Positions 53,045 to 64,000 of a stretch of DNA of 64,000 nt are shown one piece after another. The stretch's first letter is position 1, and each line of letters begins with the position of its first letter. A program made the position numbers and the translations under genes. The stretch spans positions 4,081,902-4,145,901 of the forward strand of contig MU053652.1 of assembly GCA_013239625.1 (NCBI GenBank), read 5' to 3'. Under the pieces are notes generated by a model. The model saw only the letters and a list, made by a program, of their open reading frames with translations. It made no database searches and was not told the origin of the DNA. The stretch is from Lama guanicoe. Lineage: Eukaryota.

Positions 53045-55900
53045 AGGGGACTTCCATTTCCAGCCAATATGGAGTAACAGGTAAAGGATTACCTGACTCA
53101 AACAGACAAAATATATGAAACAACGGTTTTGAAGACACTGCTCATCAGACAATGAATGAAGGACAGTGATCCCCAAGAGACAGGAAACAAGTGAGGCAAG
53201 TTCTATAAATGCCCGTTTACTGCCTTCCGACTATTTCTAAGGCATAGGTCAGGGAGGAGGAACCCAGAGAGAGCCCAGCAGACTTCGTCTTAGTTGAAGA
53301 GATGGAGTTTTGACTTTGCAGGGCAGAGTGCTGGAGAAGAGAGAACACTCTTTGTGTTCAGTATACCCTCAAGTATTCGGCAGAGTACTCATCAGTAACT
53401 GCATGTAAAGAATCATTCAAAGGATTAGGAGGAACACTATCTGGCACTCAAGCAGAACAGGAATAATTCCTGTTCCAACCAACCAGAATGGAAAACCCCA
53501 TAATTTACAGAACATTGGGTAGATTATTCAGAAAGGTCTTGGAGAATAATTACACTAGATGGAAAACTGCTCAGGCCCCACCTACCAAGTCTTATAAGCA
53601 AGACCAGAAAGGGTCAAACTGTATCCATAACTTAACTGTGATACAAAACAAAGAAGAAAAAGATTCAGTACTCAACAAAGTAAAATTCACAATGTTTGGA
53701 ATCCAAGCAAGTTTACCAGAATCAGAAAGATATGACCCATAAATGGAGAAAAACTGATCAGCTGAAACCAACACAGAACTGACATAAATGTTAGAATTAG
53801 CAGACAAGAGTATTAAAATCGTTATTATATGCATATTCTATATTCAAAAAACTAAGTGGAAATATGGGAGATACTTTAAAAGGGGGGGCTAAATCAAACT
53901 TCTAAAGATAAAAAGTACAATGAGATGAAAATTCACTGGATAGGATTAACAGCAGATTAGGCAAAACAAAATAAGAGATGAATAAACCTAAAGACACAAC
54001 AAAAGAAACTATCCAAAATGAACCAGGGAGGAAAAAAGGGGAAAAAACCATCAGTGAGTGTGGGAACCCTTTAAGCAGCCTAATATATATGTAATTTGAG
54101 TTCTGTAAAGGACAAGGAAGAGGTACAGAAAAATATCTGAAATAATGGCCAAATTTTTCCAAATTTGAATAAAACAATACACCCATAGGTCCAAGATGCT
54201 TAGAACCTCACGAATAAGAATTCAAGGAAAACCACATCAATAACATAATAATCAACTTGTCCAAACCACTGGCAAAAAGCCAATCTTAAAAGCAGCCAGA
54301 AAAAAAGACACATTATGTATAGAGGAACAAAGATAAGGATGGCAGCAGATTTCTCATCAGAAACAATGCAGGTAAGTCAGTAGTTAAGCAACAGATTTAA
54401 AGTAATGAAAAAAAAGGAAAGCTGTCAACCTAGAACTCTACATTCAGCAAAAAATATTTCAAAAATAAAGGTGAAATAATGACATTTTCTGATATACAAA
54501 AAAATTCATTACCAGCAGGCCCACACTAGAAGAAATGTTAAAGCACATCCTTTATACCAGATGAAAGGATTATACCAGATGAAAATCTGAATCCACACAA
54601 AGGAATGAAGGATACCAGAAAGAATAACTACATGGGTACTTAAATAAGATCTTTTTCTTATTATTTAAATCTCTTTCTAAGATAGTTTACTATTAAAACA
54701 AAAATAATTACATAGATGGCACAGGGTTCATAATAAAGGTAGAAAATGTATGACAAAAATAGCACAAAGGCTGAGAGGGAAGAAAGGGGAGTATTTCTAT
54801 TGTCTAAGAAATATTGTAAACTTCTTTTTTTAGTTCATTGTAAACTTACTTTATACTATGGGTGAAATGGTATAACAATTTTAAAGGCAAACTGTGATAA
54901 GCTGAAGATGTATACTACAAATCAGATTTAAAGCAACCATTAAAACAAAATAAACAAAAAGCAGCCAATAAAAGAATAAAAGAGAATGATAACAAATAAG
55001 TAGTTAATCAAAAATAAGACAGGAAAGAAAAATGGACCTAGAACAGATGGGACAAATGGAAAACAAGTAGCAAGATGGTAGATTTAAACCTAACCATATC
55101 AAAAATCACTTTAAATATAAATGGTTCAAACAAGCCAACTGAAAAACAGAGACTGTCAAATGCATTAATAAAGCAAAACTCAACTGTATGCTATATACAC
55201 TTACTTATTAGAATGGCTAAAAATAAAGAGTTCTCTTATCAAATGTTGACAAGGATGTGAAGGAACTCAAAATCTCCTATACAGCCAGTGAGAATGTAAA
55301 ATGACAAAATCACTCAGGAGAACAGTCTGGCAGTTTCTTAAACATACACTTATATGATTCAACTATTATACTCATAGATATTTAATAAAGAGGAATGAAA
55401 GCATCTGTCCACAAACGCTTCTACACAAATATTTGTAGCAGCCATATTTATAATAACTCCAAGCTGGAAATAACCGAAATGTCTGTCAATAGGTGAAAAA
55501 CAAAGTGTGATCTAGCCATACAATGGACTACTACTAAGCAATGAAAAGGAATGAGCCTTTGACCACTCAACAATATGAATGAATCTCAAAATATCAATGC
55601 TAAGTGAATGAAGCATAATATTGCCTCCCCCCAAAAAAGAACACATACTGCATAATTACATTTATATAAAATTCTAGAAAATGCAAACTCATCTATTGTA
55701 ACATAAAGATCAGTGATTGCCTAGGAATGAGGTTAGGAGGTGGGAAGGGACAGAAGACTTTAGAGGTGAAGGATGTATTCTTTATCTTAAGTGATGAGTT
55801 TCATGGTTGAATACCTATGTCAAAAAATTTCAAGTTGTACACTTTAAATATGTGCAGTGCATTGTATGTCAATTATACTTTTATAAAACTATTTTAAAAA
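53045..55900 (+). mobile_element. Old L1 pieces (5' region, ORF1 remnants and a 3' end)
   Basis: aatcttaaaagcagccagaaaaaaagacacatt...gcagatttctcatcagaaacaatgc...ctgtcaacctagaactcta; 3' gtgcagtgcattgtatgtcaattatac. Confidence 0.8.
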
Positions 55901-58900
55901 TTTCATCTGTGCCTCTTTTCTTTGGGGTAGAGTTTTATTTACAATTCAAGATATTTAATGATTATAGGTCTGTTCAGGTTTTTATTCCTTCTTGAAACAA
56001 TTCTAGTAAGTTAGTTTATTTCTAATTTCTACTATTATTTCTTCTTTGACCTATGAGTTACTCAGAGGATGCTTTTAAATTCCCAAATAAATCATCTTTA
56101 TTTTGATCATCTTTTAGTTTAATTTCAATCTTAACTGAAATGAGTAAGAGAAAATAGCCTGCATACTACTACTGACTGGTTTTGTTGAGACTTGCTTTAT
56201 GAATTCAGTATGTGTTCAATTTTTAAAAAACTACTTAAAAAGAAAGTATTTTCTCATGTATTAGGTGTAGGGCTTTGTACAGGCCCACCAAATCAAGCTT
56301 GTGGTTGTGTGTTCAACTCTTATCAAATTTTTTGTCTGTTTGACCATCAATTGCTGAAAAAGATTTTAAAATTTCTTGCTTTGTAGGTTTATCAATTTTT
56401 TCTTATAATTGTATCTATGTATTTTCTTCTGGTATTCTATCTATATATTTTGCATTCTATCTGTATCCTATCTATATATTTTGAGCCCATATTTGAAATT
56501 ATTATAGCTTCCTGGTTATTCCTTTTATAATTTTTTGTGATGATTTTTAACTCTAGTAATGATTTTTGCCTTCAAGTTAATTTTGCCTACTATTACCCTG
56601 CTATACTAGCTTTCTTTTAGAATATGTCTTTCCATACCTTTACTTTCAATCTCTCTGATTCCTTATGTTTTATTAGGTATCCCTCTTATAAACTGTATAC
56701 AGCTGGATTATTTTCTATTCAATCTGACAATGTTCCAGTTATGTATTATGGTATAAAAAACTGCCTGCAAACAGTGGTAAACAATGATCATTTATTATTC
56801 TCATGATTCTGTGGGCACAGCAGAGACAGGGTGTCTCTGATCCACAATGTCTAGGACCTCAGATGGGATGGATGCCTTGAATAGATGAAGATGGCTGGGA
56901 TGTCTCAAAAGGAGCTATCTGCCTGGGACCTCAGTTCCTCTCTCCAGATGATGTTTACTAGGGCTGGAGTGTCCAACATGGTTCCTTCACTCACTCACAT
57001 GGCTGATAGCTAGTTGATGCTGGCTGCTTGCTGGTAGCTCACTGGGGCTATCAACCAGTGCCTACATGTGTCCTCTCCAGTTGGCTTGGGCTTCTCAAAG
57101 CTGGGTTCTGAAAGCAAGTATTCCAAGAGGCATAGGCACGCACTACAAGGCTTCTTATGACCTAGCCTCAGAAGTCCCATTTAATTGGTCAAGCAAGCCA
57201 CTAAAGCCAGACCAGGTTCAAGGGGAGGAAAGAAACAGCCTCTATCTCTGCATGGCAAGAAGGGAAGAAACTGATGATGGCCACTCTAGAGGCAAGCCAC
57301 CACAAACCACCCTCTGGCCCCAACAAGTCCCTCCCACATGCAAAATACACTCACCCTCTCCTAAGACCTTCAAAAGTCTCATCTCATTATGGCATCAGCT
57401 TGATGTCCAGAATCTTGATATCTAATTCAGGTCCAGGTGTGATTGAGGTTCCTCAGATGCAGTTCCTCAGGTACAGCTACTGGTGTATAATTCCTCTTGA
57501 TCTGAATAAAGAGACAAATTATCTGCTCCCACACACCCAATACACAAACGTACAATAGTGAGACTGACGCAGGATAACCACAGTAGACACTCTCATTCGA
57601 AATGTGAAGAAAAGAGGGGAAGGAACAGGAGATACACAGAGGTTATTTTTCCGTAGCAATTCTGAAATTTAATCAGACACACATCACTAGTTTCTTGGTT
57701 ACAGCCCAGCCCTACTCTCGAAGAGTTATCCTTCAAAACTCTTGACCCCACCCTGAATTATCTTTCCTTTTACATAAGAGATGATTAATATTTGCAATGG
57801 AGTAGCCTTCTCAGCCTGTTTCCTGCCTGTAGATGGTTGGGAATTCCAAAATTTTTTTTTTCACTGTCTCTGATTCTTTTAATCCATGCTGAAGCTGCTA
57901 CAATTAGTACAAATTTATTAAAAATCTTGCAGATTTCCTATGAATCTTATAGGTTCACTCCAGTAGACAGAGTCATACCCACCTTCTCTATTCAAGTTCT
58001 GTGTGAAGCTACTGTAAGAAAATACCCTTCCAATCCTTAGAAGTCCTATTGTTTAGCTAAGAGGGTCTAAGAGGTATTCCCTTAATATTTTTAGACATTT
58101 TTTCATCTAGCTGAAAGGTTCTATGAGGCACAGCTTTAGATCTTTCCAAAGTTTAACAAAGGGATTTATAGTTGCATCCTTGAGATCTTTACTTTGAGGC
58201 CACATTTTATTGACAGCATGTTGAATTTTATCTTTGCTTTTAAGCCATTTTTTTTAGAAGTCATCAGCTATCTGGAGCAATGGAGGATGAGAAAAAATTC
58301 TCTTTTCTGACATAACAGATCCTGGGTTAGAAATATTTCCCCTCTAAATTCTGCTTAAAAACTGAATAGTTCATTTTTTAGTTCATTCATTTCTGTATTT
58401 GTACAACATAGGCAGTTAAAAGAAGTTAGGTAATACTTTTCAACATTCTGCCTAGAAATCTCTCTAAATAAAATGAATTCATTAGATACATTTTCTATCC
58501 TCCATGTTATCACATGCATGTGACAGTGCTAACAAACCTTGTACCACCATCACCACATAGCAAAAGTTCCCTTTTATCCAGCCTCCAGTAATATTTTTCT
58601 GTGTTTCAAGGCTTCACTAACAGTCTCAAGATCTCTCTAGCTTCTACCCTCTGCCAAGTCCCAAAGCCAATTCACATTTTAGGTTATAGCAGTGCCTCAT
58701 TTTCAGGTACCAAATTGTTTCAATTATTTCTTGCTATGAATAAACTACTCCAAACCTTATTGGCATAAAACTGCAAACATTTTATTATGCACATAATTCT
58801 GAGGTTCAGGAATTCAGACAGGATACAGTAGGGATGGTTCATGTCTGCTCCATGACATCTGGGGCCTCAGATTGGGTAGCTCTAAAGTCTGAAGATGGCT

Positions 58901-59480
58901 AGACTGGGTCCATATGACTGCTGCATGAGTTTGATGTCTGCTGGGATTGGAATGTCCAGGATGATTCCTTCACTCATTCATGTGGCTGGCAGCTGATGAT
59001 GGCTGCTGGCTGTTAGCTGGGAGCTCAGCTAGGCCCCTTCATCTGGCTTGGGCCTCTCTTTGCATGCCACCTAGGTCCCAGTTTGAGTGTTCCATGGGAG
59101 AACATTCCAAAAAAGAATGTTCAAAGAGGCTAGCTGGAAGGTGCAAAACTTCTCATGACTTAGACTTGAAAAGCTCCAAAATGTCATTTCTGGCACATTC
59201 TATTGATCAAACAAGTCACTAAAACCAGCCCAAATTCAAGATGAATGGAGAAATAAACTCCACCGATAGATGGGAGAATGGCACACAAGTAGAAGAAAGG
59301 AACTAACGTCAGTCATCTTGGAAACATGCTTTAATAGACAATCTGTCTTATAATTGGTAAGTGTAATTCATTTACTTTATTATGATTACTGATGCATTGG
59401 ATTTATTTCCACCATCTTTTACTGTGCTTTTTATTTATCCTGTTTTTTCTGTGATATTTATTATATGTTTGACTCCTACC
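55900..59480 (-). mobile_element. Ancient antisense L1 split by the MaLR element
   Basis: ttccatacctttactttcaatct...tcaatctgacaa resumes after the MaLR as gacaatctgtcttataattgg. Confidence 0.65.
56731..59336 (-). mobile_element. Complete MaLR (MLT1-type) LTR-internal-LTR element
   Basis: Related LTRs at 56731-57304 and 58716-59336, MLT-int-like sequence between, 5-bp TSD gacaa at 56726-56730 and 59337-59341. Confidence 0.8.
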
Positions 59481-59489
59481 TTCTATTAG

Positions 59490-59860
59490 ATTGAATAAGT
59501 ATACAAATCATAAGCTCAATAAATTATCACAAAGTGAAATAATCATGTAACTACCACCCAGGTCAAGAAATGCAATGTTACCAGCACCCTAGAAACCTCC
59601 ACCTTCCCTCCTCCTAGTCACTATCCCTTCCCTCTTCCTCAGAGATTACTATCATGACTTCTGACAACATATGGTAGGGTTTTTAGCTTTATATAAATGA
59701 AATCATATAGTATGTATTCTTTTGTGTCTGGCTTCCTTCATTCAGCATTATTATTATTCAACCATGATCCTGTGTATACCAGCAATTTATTCATTTCCAT
59801 TGCTTTATAGTATTCTACTGTATGAATATACCATAATTTATCCTCTCTATCATTGATGTT
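59490..59860 (-). mobile_element. Old L1 3' fragment
   Basis: catgtaactaccacccaggtcaagaaat...tataaatgaaatcatatagtatgtattcttttgtgtctggcttc. Confidence 0.75.
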
Positions 59861-61299
59861 GTCCATTGAGTTTTAAATTTCAATGACTATATTTTTTAAA
59901 GTTTTATTTTTCAAAAAAATCTCTAGGACACTTTCAGCAGTGTGGCCCACATTAAGGATATTCCTATACAGACATTTTGCATTTGCTTTATCCAGATGCC
60001 AAGAGACCATCACTGACTCAGGACTACTCTATATATTAATTTCTCAGCTTTAGGTTCCCTGAACTGCAGAGAAAGAGGGATACTCTAAACTAAAGTTACA
60101 AGAGGACAAGCCCATGGTAACAAATTCTCAGAACAAAATTTTTTACCTAGAGCTCACTCAGTGTGGACAAACTTCCTTGACACCTATGTCACTGGACAGA
60201 TGTTTTTCTACATCAACTTTTCAATGATATGGCAACCTTTTGAGGAGCTAGCTTTGTGGAGGGAGGCAAGAAAGTCTCCTGTTCCTGTATGGCTATTAAA
60301 ATGGAAAACTCTTAGTTATCCACAGCAGCTATGACTTTAGCATAAGTAGGTATCACTTTGGTTTTAAATACCCTCTTTACTTTTTGCCCCTGAAAACTTT
60401 CCATACTTTTTTTTTTAAACAAGCTCAGCTATTGGATTTGAAATAATGTTTATTATATTCTATCTGGAATTTAACTAGGAATCTTTAGTGCCCTTTTCAC
60501 CTTTTGTCAGATGTAAAGCATATGACAGGGGGAAAAATAAAAACCAAAACCAAAGGCTACAGGAAGCAAAACTCAAAAAGAAAAAAAAAAATCTGCCTTT
60601 CATCACAGACAGGACAGAGCACTCACAGATTCAAGACTATTTGCAATAAGAAGATTTTAACTAAGGGAATGTATATACTTTAGGATCCTGTCTGAATCTC
60701 TTTGTGCTCTAGTGTTTAATGGAAGAGAACACCATTCAAGTAGGTATACCAAGGCAATCCTAGACACAACTGACATTACATTTGGAAGGCAGAATCCTCC
60801 AACCAGGGTGACCCACATTATATAATGAGGTAGGGTCTAGGGGAACTGAGAAATGGAGTATTAAGATATACCTATTAGTCTCCTAATGGGCTTCATTTTC
60901 TTTTCAGTAAACTTCTGACTTCTCTCCTACTAAGTCCTGTATAATTACATGAATCGGCCAGAATAAAGAAGGAGTGAGTAAAAAAATTTTCCATCAGCAG
61001 TGTAGGTAAAAACATTATTCAGCTAGAAAGTGAATAGTTAGGGGAGAAAATGGGAATAAGAAAACAGTAAATGAAATTTGGACACTGGGAAAATATCAAC
61101 AAAGAGTATTTTTTAATATCCATTAAAAATTCATGTAATACTATAAATTGTTTGATATATGCTATGTACAAAGCATTGTATTAAATGATAGGATACAAAT
61201 ATGAACTAAGAACTAAGCAAATTTATCACTCAAGATAGACCTATAAACTTTATAAACTTTAAAGTGACCTCTAAATACGTGGAACACAAAAAGAAACAT

Positions 61300-61616
61300 T
61301 TAGAAAGGGAAAAACCTTAAAAATTAAGAGATATATATTGTATGATCCCATTCATATGAAATGTCCAGAATTGGCAAACCTATAGAGACAAAATAGATCA
61401 GTGCTCGCCTGGAGATGGCATGGGAGGCAAAGTGGGAGGAGGAAGGAATGACTACTATGAGGTTTCTTTTGGGGATACAGAAAATGTTCTAAAATTAGGT
61501 TATGGTGATGGTCACACAACTCTGTAAATACACAAAAAACACTGAACTGTACACCTTAAATGAGTGAACTTTATGGTAGGAAAGTTTACCTCAATAAAGC
61601 TATTTAAAAAAAAAAA
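61300..61616 (+). mobile_element. L1MB-like 3' end
   Basis: attgtatgatcccattcatatgaaatgtccagaattggcaaacctatagagac...ctcaataaagctatttaaaaaaa. Confidence 0.85.
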
Positions 61617-63539
61617 GACATTATTTATTTTTAAAAAGCTAGAACATTCTACCAAAGGAGAAATTCAGCCCACTAAGCAATACTCAAGATCTTTGTTTGT
61701 TTGTTTAAGCAAGTGAAAGACTGAAACTGAGCATTAACATTGTCTCCAAAGAATCATACACCATACCCAAACTCCCTAATGCCTCCTTCAAAGTTACAGC
61801 TTTTTAATACATAGATCTTTCCACTTGGTTATACCACAATATTCTGTCAAGCTGAACTTCTTTAGGCTCTAGCTGATAAAAACAAGATCTTCAAGATAGC
61901 ACAGGAATTTAAAAATCATCCCACAACTGCTAAAATTCAGACTTGGAAATTATTAATTTAAATTAGAATTTAGAGTAAAAGGGGAATAGACTGAAATGGC
62001 AAGTTTGTTTAAAAAGTCTTCAACAGAAATTATTTCTCACTTTCACTCTCTCTAGGTATTTCCCCTCATCAAGTGTTTTCTTAAAATAGATAATTTGGCA
62101 TTTTCAGTTCTTTTTCTCACATTCCTAGAACTATGAAATAAACAGGAGGTGGTACTACCATTTATCCAATTATATAAAACTAAAAACTTATCTTTCTCTA
62201 ATAACATAGAGTTTCCACCTCAACACACAAACATCACCAAATTCCAACTTAATATTTCTCTTATTTGAACTCCTCTTCTCTATTTCTTGTTTAGGTCAGG
62301 CCCTTATCCTCTTTTACTTAGATAACCACAATAGCCTATTCCCTAAGCCGTCAAGACTAGCCTCACCCCAACCTCCAATGTATTATCCACAATACTGCTC
62401 AAACCTAATAAGGCTAAAGTGAACTCAATAAACTGGAGGGTTTCACACACACATTCTCTCTCTTCCCTCTCTCTCTCTCCCTCCCTGTCTCCCTTCTCTC
62501 CTTTCATCCCTTTAAACTAAATTGATATTTTAAATTAAAGTTTTCTGCTCATGTTACTTTATAATTCATTTTTTATTTTCACATAAAATGATCATCTCCC
62601 CTTCTCATTAAGTATACTTGTGCAACATAATTTTTGATGGCTGAATATTACATTCTATGGATGTACCGTATTTTACTATGTCTTCACAATGTAAATAACA
62701 TATTCATGCTCTACTAGTGAACAAAGGAGTTTCTCTTCAACATTTTTTCTTGCTTATCTTTCCTTTAAAACCTATTTATATCTAAAGTAAAAACTATTTT
62801 TGTTAATATAAAATAAAATCATCTTTGTTTCATATTTTATAGCATTTATGGCATTTATTACATTCTAATTTATTATATGATTTATTAAGTCTACTCTATT
62901 ATTGTTATATTATTTATTAAGTCTACTCTATTATTACTCTACTATAACCCTCTGAATGAATGTCTTATATTTTATTCAGCTTTGGATGCCACCTCCCCAA
63001 CCAGTCCTACTCCAGCATCTAACTCAGATCATTATTAAATTTGATACTCAATGACATGAGTGATTTACCCAGATAGGGTTACTCTGATAAAAAATATTAT
63101 GTCCATTATGCTATCTAGATCTCTGTGGGATGACACTGTAGTTCAGTGCTCTTCCAAGGCATGATTCTTTAGCATTTCCTTTGATTTTGTGAGTTACCCC
63201 TATTATTCTTATAATACCCCGCCCCACCTCACCCACCCCTTTCCTTTGTCACTTAATTCAGTATGCAACCAAAGAAACCTAATCCATAAAGGCTGAAACA
63301 CTTTGTAACTGTTCAACAGACATTTGTTTGTTGAGCATAACAGTGAATGAATATACTGAAAGCTAGTTAAATGTGCACCAAAAAGGAAGAAAAGAATACA
63401 CGAATATATTGAAACAGGAAGAAACTGACTAAACCTATAAGTAAGTCACCGTACCAACACAGCCTCATTTTGAACAATTTGTCCCTATTGCTCCCATCTT
63501 TACTGTTGTTCTGGTCAATGGCTTTGACGTTATCCCCAG

Positions 63540-64000
63540 CTCCTCTCTTTCTTTCACTCATCAGATTCATTCACATTTCCTGCTTGCTCTACTTTCAATA
63601 TATATGCAGAATCTAACCACTCTCCCATCTTCACCAGTATTATCTGGCCCAAACTATCATCATCTCTCTTCTGCTTATTGCGATGACCTCCTAACTTGTC
63701 TCCTTGCTAGCACCCCTGACCCTCTTCAGTCTACTCTCAACTATGCAGCCAGAATGATCTTGTTAAAACAAGATCAGATAATGTCACTCTGCTCAAAACC
63801 TTCCAATAGTTTCCTATCTCACTTAGAGTAAAAGCCAAAGCCTATAATCCCTAATATGACATAGTAAAACCATATGATCTGTCTCCCTTATCTTCTGGTC
63901 TCATCGCTACAACTCCCCCTCTTACTCTACTCCAGTCACACTGGCCTCCTTGCTATTCCTCAAAATTGCCTGATATACTACCCCTAAGAAGCTCTGCATT
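63540..64000 (+). mobile_element. L2 3' region
   Basis: gcagccagaatgatcttgttaaaac...tgtcactctgctcaaaaccttccaa...ctccagtcacactggcctccttgct. Confidence 0.85.

Overview
AT-rich, CpG-poor mammalian genomic DNA (intronic or intergenic), dense with interspersed repeats (L1, L2, MIR, MaLR/ERVL LTRs, hAT and Tc1/mariner fossils). Two tRNA-derived SINEs resembling the camelid Vic-1 family, and several young L1 3' ends, suggest a camel or alpaca genome (recognised from memory, not from a database). The only recognisable protein-coding sequence is a full-length, intronless RPSA retrocopy (12166-13211, +) with an open 295-aa ORF, 5'TOP start, poly(A) tail and a perfect 17-bp target-site duplication (TSD). 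I could not identify a host gene; a few minus-strand exon-like segments are unverified. The most unexplained feature is a ~570-bp non-repeat insert splitting an old L1 ORF2 (33412-33981), with retro-insertion hallmarks and exon-like and C/D-box-like motifs. Also present: a twin-primed inverted L1, a complete LTR-int-LTR MaLR, a strong CTCF motif, candidate enhancer motif clusters and local duplications. I found no solid evidence for a novel biological system. Repeat subfamily names and old-repeat boundaries are approximate.
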